Source: Candidatus Poribacteria bacterium
Lineage (GTDB): Bacteria; Poribacteria; WGA-4E; WGA-3G
Direction: 5' to 3'
NCBI GenBank assembly: GCA_963663765.2
Contig: CAXXUA010000002.1
Coordinates: 96,001 to 160,000 of the forward strand
DNA: 64,000 nt
Part shown: positions 32,207 through 42,396 of the stretch, piece after piece
Layout: every line of letters starts with the position of its first letter
How positions within the stretch are numbered: the stretch's first letter is position 1
Made by a program: the position numbers and the translations under genes
The notes under the pieces: generated by a model
Database searches by the model: none
What the model was told of the DNA's origin: nothing
What the model saw: only the letters and a program-made list of their open reading frames with translations

Positions 32207-33601
32207 ATGTCCACCACATTTCTCAGACAACTTTTTCAACCAAAAAATATCCCGAAGGTATCAATATGGACGGTGTCAATCCTACTGCTATTCTTTGGGT
32301 TTTATGCAAACACGTGGGATGTTGCTGATCAACAATGGTTTGATAGCCATCAACGAGGCACAGAGAGTTTAATAATGGGGAGGATTGTACAATCGCGCCA
32401 ACATGGAATCTTATCTGCTGGAGGTCTAAATGGGTATGGAACTTTGCAGAAAGTAGAGCAGCAATGGATTACATCGTCACAAGCAGAAAATCAATATGCA
32501 GCATTTTTAAACGGTCTGACCTTTGATGAATATAAGACATACAAATCACAACCTGGTGGACAAGGCATTATATTCAGTCTACTTGATAAACTCCTTCCGT
32601 TGTCACCTACCGTCAAGTTAAAATTCTTCTATTTTTTAACTGCTTTTCTATCTGCAATCGCACTGACCGCAATCATTGCTTGGTTTTACGAAGAATTCGA
32701 TTGGATAGTTGTGTTATTCGTATTAGTATCAGCTGTGATGTCTCAATGGTTGACAGTGTTTGGTAAAAACCTTTGGTGGAGTCTATGGGCTTTCTATCTA
32801 CCTATGATCGTTGTCTTGTATTACCTTAAACATAACAGAGAAACAGAAAACAGACTACCCATCAAATTTGGACTTCTTATTCTCATCTCCGTTTTCATAA
32901 AGTGTTTGATCAATGGGTTTGAATACATAACAACCACTTTGGTTATGATGATGGTACCATTAGTCTACTATGCTATCTTAGACAAGTGGAATAGAAAGCA
33001 ATGTCTCAAATTTGCTTTTATAGCAGGAATTGGTTCAAGTGTCGCAATATTCTTGGGACTTACCTTGCTATGCATTCAGATTGGTGCTGTTAAAGGTAGT
33101 TTCTCGGATGGAATTGAACATGTGGTATATTCATTTGGAAAGCGTACACACGGACAAGCTGAAGGATTTCCTGAAATCTATGCACCAAGTCTTAAAGCAA
33201 GTACAATAGACGTGCTCAAATCTTATGTAATTGGCAATGCAAAAGGCGTTTTCTTTGATTTCAACAATTATTTGAAGACTTCAAACTCCTTCATTGCTAA
33301 ACATTTATTCAAACTACGCTATTATTACCTGTTAATACTATTCTTGATAATGTCTGTTTCACTTCATTTTCGGAGTAGAGGTGAAATAGAACAGAATCGA
33401 CAACAAAACATTGCATTAATCTGGACAACTTGGTTTGCTGTATTAGCGCCATTATCGTGGTATGTGATTTTCAAAGCACATTCACAAATACATCTGCACA
33501 TGAGTTTTCTGTTATGGCAGATGCCTTTTACGCTCTTTGGTTTCGCTCTTGTTGGTGCATTACTGAGTAGAATAGTGCAAAGAGATTACCAAGTTGCATG
33601 A
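32207..33601 (+). CDS. Multi-pass membrane protein, possibly a GT-C-type glycosyltransferase
   Basis: About 10 TM segments with a large first loop; GFEYIT and SWYVIFKAHSQIH motifs. Confidence 0.65.
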   Translation: MSTTFLRQLFQPKNIPKVSIWTVSILLLFFGFYANTWDVADQQWFDSHQRGTESLIMGRIVQSRQHGILSAGGLNGYGTLQKVEQQWITSSQAENQYAAFLNGLTFDEYKTYKSQPGGQGIIFSLLDKLLPLSPTVKLKFFYFLTAFLSAIALTAIIAWFYEEFDWIVVLFVLVSAVMSQWLTVFGKNLWWSLWAFYLPMIVVLYYLKHNRETENRLPIKFGLLILISVFIKCLINGFEYITTTLVMMMVPLVYYAILDKWNRKQCLKFAFIAGIGSSVAIFLGLTLLCIQIGAVKGSFSDGIEHVVYSFGKRTHGQAEGFPEIYAPSLKASTIDVLKSYVIGNAKGVFFDFNNYLKTSNSFIAKHLFKLRYYYLLILFLIMSVSLHFRSRGEIEQNRQQNIALIWTTWFAVLAPLSWYVIFKAHSQIHLHMSFLLWQMPFTLFGFALVGALLSRIVQRDYQVA

Positions 33602-34857
33602 ACAGGTTTTTCAAGTGCTTTTTCATATAGGTTTTCCCACTCTTTTGTTCCATCATCAAGAGTTAACTCAAGACGTGCACCTTCCACATAAGCATCACCA
33701 TTGCCAGCGTTAAAATAACTCAATCCATCTCCTGCCATGTGAATACAACTTCCATCTGGGTAGACAGCAGTTTTTATTATTCGTGGGTGCGGATGAATGG
33801 TATATCCATCAGCATCCAATTTTTCTTTGGGAACACGGAAACGTTTGATAGCTTCTTCATCTACCTCAACACCTAAACCAGGGGCATCAGGGACTGCATG
33901 GCATCCATCTACAACTGTAATCGGTTCTGTAAGAAGATGTTCGCTGTAAAGATTGATGCATGTAATAGCTGGCCAAGTCGCATGTGTTAACACACTCCCA
34001 AGATGTGCTGCCCATGTTGTTGTCAAACCGTTTCCTACGATTTGCAGCCAAAACGGCATATCGGCAGCAGCACTGAGGTAACCCTCGCGCATTACTTGAG
34101 ATTTTCCACCACCGATCACAAAACCGTTGCAGACATCCTCCTGAATGCATGTGGTATAGGGTGGTGAACCGAAATGCATCGCAATTGGACACTCAGTGTT
34201 TTCAACTATCCTTTTATTACCTTCAACATCTCCTTGAGGTATTGGGGATTCAAATATAGCAACATTCGGGTGTACAGCAAGTTTTTTCAGTATGGGTATA
34301 GCAGTATCAGCATCACGTAGAGAACTGTTGGGGTCTAAGTCCAGTTTGAAGTCTTCAGGAACGACTTCTGCGACTGCCTCGACTTGCTCAAAAATATCCC
34401 ACCATGGGCGCGGTTTGTTTTTAAAACTTGTATATCCACTTTTGACTGCATCTGATGCTTCGGCTGCCCAATTCTCAGGTGAGGAGTCAATACACCACCA
34501 TGAAATTGGTACTGTCTCACGACATTTCGTGTCAAGCAACCTAAATACTGGTACTTCCAATATTTTACCTACAACATCAAAAAGAGCCATCTGTAAGCCG
34601 GCGCCGAGTGAGTCATCATGTATGAGTTCAGCTGGGTTGTTTCCAAGAACACGTTCAACGCTGTGGTCACTCACACGACAGTATGTGTAATGGATAACGG
34701 TCTCTCCCCAACCAATATGACCGGTATCTGTTGTTACCTTACACAGTTCAAGCAGTGACCAGTTGTAAACTGTGGAAACGCTCTGTCGTGTTATTTCTTG
34801 TTGTCGTGACGTAAATGGAACATCAACGTGGATACGTTCTATGTTAGTAACTTTCAT
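33586..34857 (-). CDS. Mandelate racemase/muconate lactonizing enzyme (enolase superfamily)
   Basis: GWGE, MALFDVVGK, FKNK, LDLDPN, FESP, PGLGVEVDE. Confidence 0.85.
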   Translation of the reverse strand: MKVTNIERIHVDVPFTSRQQEITRQSVSTVYNWSLLELCKVTTDTGHIGWGETVIHYTYCRVSDHSVERVLGNNPAELIHDDSLGAGLQMALFDVVGKILEVPVFRLLDTKCRETVPISWWCIDSSPENWAAEASDAVKSGYTSFKNKPRPWWDIFEQVEAVAEVVPEDFKLDLDPNSSLRDADTAIPILKKLAVHPNVAIFESPIPQGDVEGNKRIVENTECPIAMHFGSPPYTTCIQEDVCNGFVIGGGKSQVMREGYLSAAADMPFWLQIVGNGLTTTWAAHLGSVLTHATWPAITCINLYSEHLLTEPITVVDGCHAVPDAPGLGVEVDEEAIKRFRVPKEKLDADGYTIHPHPRIIKTAVYPDGSCIHMAGDGLSYFNAGNGDAYVEGARLELTLDDGTKEWENLYEKALEKPVHATW

Positions 34858-35105
34858 ATTTCATGTATTCCTTTAGGGTGCAATTTACAAATAGAATACC
34901 AGATACACTAAAAATGTAAAAGAAATTAATAACGTTCAATTTCATGTATTTTTGCTGATTGGTTTGTCATAATTTCAACTTGACTCTATCAATAAACAAT
35001 GTTATTCTTATCACATAAAAAGCATAAACTGTTCATGCTAAGAAAATCAACAAACTTATGTTATACCATTTTCATGTGATAATGTCTCATTAGCAGCGGA
35101 AATCT

Positions 35106-35135
35106 GGTAGGAGCGACCTCCCGGTCGCTCCTACC
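35106..35135. repeat. Perfect REP palindrome (collapsed REPIN)
   Basis: GGTAGGAGCGACC-TCCC-GGTCGCTCCTACC. Confidence 0.7.
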
Positions 35136-35230
35136 GAAGAGAGTAACCCCCTGCCAGTAAACATTAGAATTCCTTAATGAGACAAGATTTATTTGAATTG
35201 GTATTAGTAGAAACAATGAATGGAGAATTT

Positions 35231-36289
35231 ATGGAACCAGTAAGAATAGGGGTTATAGGATGTGGCGTCATAGGAAGTAGACATCTTAGTATTGCAAAGG
35301 ATTCCGATCATATAGAATTGGTTGCAGCAGCAGATCTAATAGACTCAAATAGGGAACGTGCAGCAGAACGTTTCAATCTTTCGAATATATACGACAATGA
35401 TATTGATCTGCTTGATAATGATGAAATTGAGGCAGTTGTTCTTGCCTTTCCAACGCAATATCGGACAGAAGTTGCATTGCGCGCCTTTGCAAAAGGAAAA
35501 CATGTCCTGATTGAAAAACCGATTGCAATGAATGTTGACGAGGTGAATCAACTGATTGAAGCCAGAGGAGATTTGGTGTCTGCGTGTTGTTCATCACGGA
35601 ATCGCTTCAACAAAGCAGCAAGACTTGCTACGGAGCTTATTACAACCGGTGGTATCGGAGACTTACGCACAGTTCATTGCCGTGCGATAAGAGGGTGTGG
35701 CAAAGAACCTGGATCACCGAGACCCGCATGGCGGTTAAAAAAATCACTCAACGGCGGTGGAATCCTTGTCAATTGGGGATGTTATGACATTGATTTCTTA
35801 CTCGGTATCACTGGTTGGAAACTCAAACCACGAACCGTATTAGCACAAACGTGGACGGTACCACCGAAATTTGAATCGCACATTGCTCCCGGGTCTGACG
35901 CAGAGACTCACTATAATGCATTGGTTACGTGTGAAGATGGAACGGTGATTACGCTTGAACGTGGTGAATTTATGACTACGCATTCCCATTCAGATTGGGA
36001 AATCATCGGTTCCGATGGTTCTTTGAAAATGAATATGGGAGATGGAAACCCAAGCAAAATTACGCATAACCAAATTACGACTGCTGATGGTGTAATTTCT
36101 AACCCACTTGAAGATACCGGTGATACGGAAGGTCCCCATTATGGTGATCCAACAACAGATTTTGCAGCAGCTATCCGTCAAAATCGACAACCCTTAACCA
36201 GTTTGGAACGTGCTTTTGTCGTTCAGCAGATTACAGATGGTATCTACGCATCGGCTGAGTCTGGAACGGCGGTAGATATTTCAGATTAA
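35231..36289 (+). CDS. Gfo/Idh/MocA-family oxidoreductase
   Basis: IGVIGCGVIG, GKHVLIEKP, GGGILVNWGCY; GGAG RBS before ATG 35231. Confidence 0.9.
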   Translation: MEPVRIGVIGCGVIGSRHLSIAKDSDHIELVAAADLIDSNRERAAERFNLSNIYDNDIDLLDNDEIEAVVLAFPTQYRTEVALRAFAKGKHVLIEKPIAMNVDEVNQLIEARGDLVSACCSSRNRFNKAARLATELITTGGIGDLRTVHCRAIRGCGKEPGSPRPAWRLKKSLNGGGILVNWGCYDIDFLLGITGWKLKPRTVLAQTWTVPPKFESHIAPGSDAETHYNALVTCEDGTVITLERGEFMTTHSHSDWEIIGSDGSLKMNMGDGNPSKITHNQITTADGVISNPLEDTGDTEGPHYGDPTTDFAAAIRQNRQPLTSLERAFVVQQITDGIYASAESGTAVDISD

Positions 36290-36415
36290 ACTTGTAGGAA
36301 AGTACGCTGATCCATGACGAAACACAGTAATAGTCAGGATTTGGCGTTCTTTCCTACGTTTAGGTATTAAAACATTTACCATTTTTCTGCTAATTAGTTT
36401 TACCACCACAACACG

Positions 36416-36640
36416 ATGGATGTGTAAAGCTATCAGCAAATGTTTGGGAAAGGTGTGTTGTCTGAGACATTTTCTTGTTTAAATCGCGGATTATGCGGAT
36501 AAGACCGCAGCCACTAATCGTCTTGCTTAGAAAAAACTTATCCTAATCAATAAATCCTATTGTAGAAGTCTTATCCGCGAAATCTGTGGAATCCGTGTAA
36601 TCTGCGATTCAGACAACACCATGCAATACTTTACACACCT
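36416..36640. mobile_element. GGxTGTGTAAAG-family MITE with 9-bp flanking direct repeat
   Basis: GGATGTGTAAAG / CTTTACACACCT ends; CACAACACG at 36407-36415 and 36641-36649; internal GTGTTGTCTGA / TCAGACAACAC inverted repeat. Confidence 0.7.
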
Positions 36641-36657
36641 CACAACACGTTTGTACA

Positions 36658-36687
36658 TTGACATTCATTTCTGAGAAATGTTATAAT
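36658..36687 (+). promoter_or_regulatory. Sigma70 promoter of the TonB-dependent receptor gene
   Basis: TTGACA-18 bp-TATAAT. Confidence 0.6.
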
Positions 36688-36720
36688 TTTTTAGATTCCA
36701 CCTATCAATAAGGCTGCATC

Positions 36721-38742
36721 ATGACCAACCCTAAATTGTATATCAACAATTCTTGCATTCCCCAAATCCTATTCCTTCTATTGTTTTGTATTAGTATAAC
36801 TGTCGCTCAAGATTCTCCAACTCCGATAGAACTTGAAAAAATCGTAGTTACACCTGGACGTTATGCTATTTATGAAGAAACAACGCCACAAATATCACTA
36901 TCAAAGGAAGATATTGAAAGGTTTCCGTTAATTGACAATGACATCATGCGTTCAGGACATATTTTCCCTGGTGTCATTGCGAGTGACTTTAGCGCACGTT
37001 TCAGTGTCCGAGGCGGAGAAAAGGATGGTGTAACTGTTAGATTAGATGGAATGGAACTATACAATCCGTATCACCTACAGGATTTTGGCGGTGCAATTTC
37101 GTTGGTCGGACTTGATTTGATACAGCACGCTGACCTCCTGATGGGTGGATTCCCCGCAGAATACGGTCATAAAATGTCTGGTGTGTTTGATATGACGACA
37201 AAAAAACCAAACACAGAAAAAGTCAAAGCAAATTTTGGGATAGATCTGATTAACGCAACAGCATTGCTGGAGGGACCTCTTACTGAAAAAGGGGGTTGGA
37301 TGTTGTCAGCACGCAGAGGATATGTTGACCTAATACTCGCTCTCATAGATATTGATGATAAATATAAACCTCAATATGCTGATGTTTACGGTAAGTTGAT
37401 GTATCAATTGACCGACACAGATACACTAACAATTAATGCGCTATATGGATGGGACAAAAACCTTGTGAACGCAGATGATGTTGAAAACAACTTGAATTCA
37501 CGGTATGACAATACAACTGCTTGGTTGAAATGGAGACATACATTCAATGCGTCACACTGGACAGATGTGTATGTTTATGGTGGCACATCTTACCAAGACA
37601 GAACAACTGGAGATGCTGATTTTGACAATCGAAACTTTGATTACTTGGGAACAAAAGGTGAATACACAGCAAACTTTTTACAGAAACATACGTTACGTAC
37701 TGGTATAGAGTGGCGCTGGTCTGCTGCGCATTACGATTACAAAGTAAGAGATAGATTAGCAGGAATAAATAACTATGATTTGGTGCAAGCAAATATTAAC
37801 AAGAGTGGAAATGACTTAAAAATGTTTATCCAAGATGAATGGCAGATACATCCCAAACTTGCACTCAACATAGGTGGACGTCTTGTTCTTCAAACCTACC
37901 GTGAATCTGATGAACCCAACTATGAAATTGGTCCACGTGTGGCACTTGCAATACAACCCATACAGAACTTAATCCTTCGCTGTGCATGGGGAATATACCA
38001 TCAACCAATTGACCTATTGACCATCCCTATTGAAGACAACATACAACATGTAGGTGTAGCAGAACAAAGTACGCACTATATCATTGGTGGTGAATATAGT
38101 AGAAATGCTAATTTCCTGTTTCGCATTGAAGGATACTATAAAAAATATGATAATTTAGTGGGACGCCATAGGGAATTTGATCGAATCACACAAATTTTCT
38201 TTCCGCCTGAATCTGCTGATGCGATAGGGTTTGATATATTCGCAACAAAAGCGTTTTCAGCTCGTCTGACAACTTCAATCGGCTATGCTTTTGGCATTGC
38301 AGAAGAAACATCAGGAGATATGACAATATATAGAGAGAATGACAGACGACATTCTATTTTTCTCAGTAGTAGTCATCAGATCGCAACAACTTGGCATTTA
38401 TATCTCAGTTGGCGTTTTCACACAGGGGACCCCAGAACACCATTGATTCATGAGCTTAACGATGAAAAAACTACATGTAACCGAATATTCGGTGAAACGA
38501 ATTCAGAACGTCTGCCTGCCTATCACAGCCTTGATTTTAGGATTACCAAACGCAGCCCGTATAGACGATGGTCACTTACATGGTATTTCCAAGTTTTAAA
38601 TCTGTATAATCATACAAATGTTGATCAGTACTCATTCAGTGAAGTCCGTGATGAAGAAACGGATGAACTTATAGATTGCACTATTGCTGAAGAACCTTTA
38701 TTGCCAATCGTACCGACATTGGGCATGACAATTACCTTTTAA
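36721..38742 (+). CDS. TonB-dependent receptor
   Basis: Signal peptide, TonB-box-like LEKIVVT, FSVRGG, NPYH, GGFPAEYG, RLPAYHSLD, terminal Phe. Confidence 0.88.
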   Translation: MTNPKLYINNSCIPQILFLLLFCISITVAQDSPTPIELEKIVVTPGRYAIYEETTPQISLSKEDIERFPLIDNDIMRSGHIFPGVIASDFSARFSVRGGEKDGVTVRLDGMELYNPYHLQDFGGAISLVGLDLIQHADLLMGGFPAEYGHKMSGVFDMTTKKPNTEKVKANFGIDLINATALLEGPLTEKGGWMLSARRGYVDLILALIDIDDKYKPQYADVYGKLMYQLTDTDTLTINALYGWDKNLVNADDVENNLNSRYDNTTAWLKWRHTFNASHWTDVYVYGGTSYQDRTTGDADFDNRNFDYLGTKGEYTANFLQKHTLRTGIEWRWSAAHYDYKVRDRLAGINNYDLVQANINKSGNDLKMFIQDEWQIHPKLALNIGGRLVLQTYRESDEPNYEIGPRVALAIQPIQNLILRCAWGIYHQPIDLLTIPIEDNIQHVGVAEQSTHYIIGGEYSRNANFLFRIEGYYKKYDNLVGRHREFDRITQIFFPPESADAIGFDIFATKAFSARLTTSIGYAFGIAEETSGDMTIYRENDRRHSIFLSSSHQIATTWHLYLSWRFHTGDPRTPLIHELNDEKTTCNRIFGETNSERLPAYHSLDFRITKRSPYRRWSLTWYFQVLNLYNHTNVDQYSFSEVRDEETDELIDCTIAEEPLLPIVPTLGMTITF

Positions 38743-38769
38743 TTCCATTCCATTTATGGATCAGAAAAA

Positions 38770-39213
38770 ATGTTTAAACGCATCACAGAATTACTACGCA
38801 AAATCTGGCATTCAGTCAATATTGCCTCCAAAGAGAATACTATACCTAAAGCAGCTCCCAGTGTAGAAGAAGCCATTATTCCATTTGACCCTGAAGAATT
38901 CACCATTCAACCAAATGAACTAAAAACTATGATTGATTCTGGTAGAAAAATCGTTCTGCTTGATGTTCGAGAAGAATGGGAGTATCAACAGGTTCATATT
39001 GAAAGTGCTATATCCATTCCACTTGGGCAGCTACCAAAAAGAATTGGTGAGCTCTCACCCGTGGATGAAATCGTTGTCTATTGTCATCGTGGAATGCGAA
39101 GCATTGATGCAGCATATCTTCTACAACAAATTGGTTTCAAATCTGTGTTAAGCATTGTTGGGGGTATTGACAAGTGGGCAAGTGAAGTTGAACCAGATAT
39201 GCAACGATACTAA
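38770..39213 (+). CDS. Rhodanese-domain sulfurtransferase
   Basis: LLDVREEWEY, VVYCHRGMRS, GGIDKWA. Confidence 0.9.
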   Translation: MFKRITELLRKIWHSVNIASKENTIPKAAPSVEEAIIPFDPEEFTIQPNELKTMIDSGRKIVLLDVREEWEYQQVHIESAISIPLGQLPKRIGELSPVDEIVVYCHRGMRSIDAAYLLQQIGFKSVLSIVGGIDKWASEVEPDMQRY

Positions 39214-39247
39214 ATATACCCATCATCATTTACGTATATATATGTCT

Positions 39248-39464
39248 CAGGACTTACGCAAAAACGGTAGGCGGGGAATGCCTAAAGAAGCATGCGCGTA
39301 TGGCATGCTCCATGATTCATACCCGGGGAATGCTTTATAGCATTCATACCGTTGATTTCTTGATTTGGTGCTTTGTAAGCGCGCCGGAAATCTAAAAAAA
39401 AGCTGATAATTACATCATTTTCATCATAATTCTTGATTAAAACAAGAAAACTGCGTAAGTCCTG
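39248..39464 (+). mobile_element. CAGGACTTACGCA MITE, expanded
   Basis: Perfect 13-bp TIRs; TGTCT 5-bp duplication; internal hairpin modules at 39273-39367. Confidence 0.85.
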
Positions 39465-39476
39465 TGTCTTATAGGA

Positions 39477-39785
39477 TAGGACTTACGCACCCAACGGTAG
39501 GCGGGGAATGCCTAAATGGTTCTTTCGGCAATTAATATTAGCATAAAATAATATTCCAATGCTGAAGAACCCAGTAGTCATCTGTTTAAGTTGAAGATCG
39601 TCAATGGAAACATATCATAAATACTTAGCAAGAAAACCACTAAAGAAGCATGCGCGTATGGCATGCTCCATGATTCATACCGTTGATTTGGTGCTGTGTA
39701 AGCGCGCCGGAAACCTAAAAAATGCTGAAAATTACATCGTTTTCGTCTTAATTCTTGATTGATCATGAAAACTGCGAAAGTCCTG
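39477..39785 (+). mobile_element. CAGGACTTACGCA MITE with a nested 123-bp element
   Basis: Imperfect TIRs, (A/T)TAGGA flanks; nested TGGTTCTT...AGAAAACCA at 39517-39639 flanked by CTAAA. Confidence 0.8.
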
Positions 39786-39799
39786 TTAGGAGAAGATAT

Positions 39800-40672
39800 A
39801 TGGAAAAAAGTTTAATACATGAGGGTATTCCATTTAGTGAAGAAAAAACTGCACAGATTGCTCAACAGTTTTTTGACGATGGATTTGTATATATTCCTAA
39901 AGTACTAAGCGAAGACGAGGTTACTGCTCTCAGGGACAAGACAGATGCGTTTTTTGACGATCCTGAACTTGCAGAAAAAAGCAATCCTAACCTTGCTGAT
40001 GTACGATATATTCAGATGGGTACACACGCAGAAACAGGTGAAAAATTACCATTTATCTTACGGAATACGATTGAGCTTGATCCAATATTTAGAGATATGC
40101 TGCTTCGCGAACCGATTTTGAGTTTGGCAGAAGCGATTGTAGGACATAATTGCAAGTTTTGTGGGCAAAATGTACTACGGAATTTACCAGGTCTTTCAAT
40201 AAGCAAGTGGCACGTTGACGGTTCAGTACATTTTCCTGTTTCTGATGAGATGCCACGTCATGACCAACGTTTACGCATGCCAGTGATGTGGTTCACCGTT
40301 CAGATCGCTTTGAGTGATATTGATTCTATAGAGGAAGGACCAACGCAATATGTCAAAGGTAGTCATTACTCTGGTAGGCATCCTAATGATCAAGAAAACC
40401 CTGAATTTATTGGGAATAAACCTGTTTCTATCTATTGTAAAGCGGGTGACATTTATCTACAAGACCCACAATGTTGGCATCGCGGCGCACCAAACCTGTC
40501 CGACAAGACACGTTATATCTTACAATCTCAATATGCAGCACATTGGGCTTACTGGCGATTTAGTCTATGTAATGATGTCCCTGTTCCAAAAGAGGCACTT
40601 CAAGGAGCAAGTGATCGACTGATCAATCTTTTAGGACGTAGTCGACCGAATAGTAACGATATTCAAATTTGA
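39800..40672 (+). CDS. Phytanoyl-CoA dioxygenase (PhyH) family Fe(II)/2OG enzyme
   Basis: FFDDGF, WHVD, GPTQYVKGSH, AGD, WHRG; AGGAG RBS before ATG 39800. Confidence 0.88.
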   Translation: MEKSLIHEGIPFSEEKTAQIAQQFFDDGFVYIPKVLSEDEVTALRDKTDAFFDDPELAEKSNPNLADVRYIQMGTHAETGEKLPFILRNTIELDPIFRDMLLREPILSLAEAIVGHNCKFCGQNVLRNLPGLSISKWHVDGSVHFPVSDEMPRHDQRLRMPVMWFTVQIALSDIDSIEEGPTQYVKGSHYSGRHPNDQENPEFIGNKPVSIYCKAGDIYLQDPQCWHRGAPNLSDKTRYILQSQYAAHWAYWRFSLCNDVPVPKEALQGASDRLINLLGRSRPNSNDIQI

Positions 40673-40684
40673 AGGAGAACATCA

Positions 40685-41761
40685 ATGGAAAAACTAAAGA
40701 TTGCGCATATCGGTACGGGTAATCGTGGTACCAATACATATCTTCCACTGATTGCAAAATTGAAACAGGACTTGGAACTCGTAGCAGTATGTGATCTAAA
40801 TGAAAAAAGGGTGACTGAACAGGGAGAAAAGTATCAAGTACCCGCATATACAGACACAGAGCAGATGTTGGAAAATACAAAACCCGATATCTGCTCTATT
40901 GTTATCACACCCAGTAAAAACCATCTTCCTGGACTACTCTGCTCACAACACGGAGTAAGTTATTGTACTGAAACACCGATTAACACGGATCTGAAACGGG
41001 CAGATATGATGATAGAATCCGCCAAAGAACACGGTACGAAGTTGGAAGTAAATGAGAACTATTACCGACGACCATCCGAACGTATCAAACGGGAAATGAT
41101 TCTTGCAGGCATTTTCGGTACTGTAAATCTCGCATACAACGATTTTCGTGGACACGGTTATCACGGAATCGGTCTTATTCGAAGTTATGTAGGTTTTGAT
41201 AATGAACCCGTGCAAGTATATGCGTTTAATAAGAAGTTCAGTGTTCAGGAACACGAGTGGCGTAAAGGACAACCCAGAAAAAAGAACGAGGATTGGCAAC
41301 ATGCAGTGATAGAATTTGCCAATGGTGCTGTTGGAATATTCAACTTCAGCAGTCTATCCTATGGTTCACCTTTGCGCGGATTTAATGGCACAAAATTCTA
41401 TGCAGAACGCGGGATGTGTTTCCGTGAGGATGCCGTCATTCTAAATGACAACGCAGACACACAGCACCCCATATCCATTACAAGGAAAACAAACAACGTT
41501 GATGGCTATGACACTCTTGCTGCCCTCGTTGCAGACACTACCCCTGAAGTCGTATGGGAAAATCCATTACACTATTATCCGCTCAGTGATGGTGAAATCA
41601 CAGTCGCATCCGAAATAATGAGTATTGCAAATGCTGTACGCAATGATACCGAACCTGAATATGGTGCTTACAACGGACGAAAAGATAGAGAAATTGATGT
41701 TGCCATGGGACGTTCCATTGCAAAGAACGGTGCACCTGTAACTTTCCCATTTGAGTACTAA
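40685..41761 (+). CDS. Gfo/Idh/MocA-family oxidoreductase
   Basis: IAHIGTGNRG, VAVCD, CTETP, VNENY. Confidence 0.85.
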   Translation: MEKLKIAHIGTGNRGTNTYLPLIAKLKQDLELVAVCDLNEKRVTEQGEKYQVPAYTDTEQMLENTKPDICSIVITPSKNHLPGLLCSQHGVSYCTETPINTDLKRADMMIESAKEHGTKLEVNENYYRRPSERIKREMILAGIFGTVNLAYNDFRGHGYHGIGLIRSYVGFDNEPVQVYAFNKKFSVQEHEWRKGQPRKKNEDWQHAVIEFANGAVGIFNFSSLSYGSPLRGFNGTKFYAERGMCFREDAVILNDNADTQHPISITRKTNNVDGYDTLAALVADTTPEVVWENPLHYYPLSDGEITVASEIMSIANAVRNDTEPEYGAYNGRKDREIDVAMGRSIAKNGAPVTFPFEY

Positions 41762-41764
41762 CAA

Positions 41765-42006
41765 CAGGACTTATGCACCCAACGGTAGGCGGGGAATGCC
41801 TAAAGAAGCATGCGCGTATGGCATGCTCCATGATTCATACCCGGGGAATGCCAAATGGTATTCATACCCGGGGAATGCCAAAAGGCATTCATACCGTTGA
41901 TTTCTTGATTTGGTGCTTTGTAAGCGCGCTGGGAACTTAATAAATACTGAAAATTACATTATTTTCAGTATTTATTAATTGAATCATGTAAAATGCGTAA
42001 ATCCTG
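41765..42006 (+). mobile_element. CAGGACTTACGCA MITE with three stacked hairpin modules
   Basis: Imperfect TIRs, TAA(C/T)AA flanks, modules at 41791-41912. Confidence 0.8.
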
Positions 42007-42054
42007 TAATAAAACTGATCTTTCTTTTTCATAACATTGGTTGATGGATTTTAC

Positions 42055-42083
42055 TTGTCATTCTTACCTGATTCGGTTATACT
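42055..42083 (+). promoter_or_regulatory. Sigma70-like promoter, possibly the original promoter of the 44112-50570 array
   Basis: TTGTCA-17 bp-TATACT. Confidence 0.45.
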
Positions 42084-42182
42084 TAAGCGGCAATCATCAT
42101 ATATACCCTATTTGGATTATATGATAATTTCACTATGACTAAGACACTCAGAGAACTTGTATTACCAAAAGGGTTAATTTAG

Positions 42183-42304
42183 CAGGACTTACGCACCCAA
42201 CGGTAGGCGTGCTTTGTAAGCGCGCTGGAAACCGAAAATATGCTGAAAATTACACCATTTTCGTCATTATTCTTCATCAAACCATGAAAACTGCGTAAGT
42301 CCTG
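42183..42304 (+). mobile_element. CAGGACTTACGCA MITE, minimal form
   Basis: Perfect TIRs, TTTAG 5-bp duplication, uninterrupted REP GGTAGGCGTGCTTTGTAAGCGCGC. Confidence 0.88.
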
Positions 42305-42396
42305 TTTAGAAGAAGTAGAGAATAGAGGTAGAGTGACAGTATCTAAATATCTACATATTACTAGACATTCCTTGATATTTATGTGATACTATATAC

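Noticed and set aside
33586-33601. 16-bp overlap of convergent genes as a regulatory device
   Set aside because: Short 3' overlaps are common and there is no further support
39155-39799. Short ORFs and the N-terminal extension of the PhyH ORF from 39755
   Set aside because: They lie within MITE sequence; the RBS supports ATG 39800
41791-41912. Stacked 27-nt palindromic units as a mini-CRISPR next to TnpB
   Set aside because: No spacers; the same modules occur inside MITE copies far from the IS607 element
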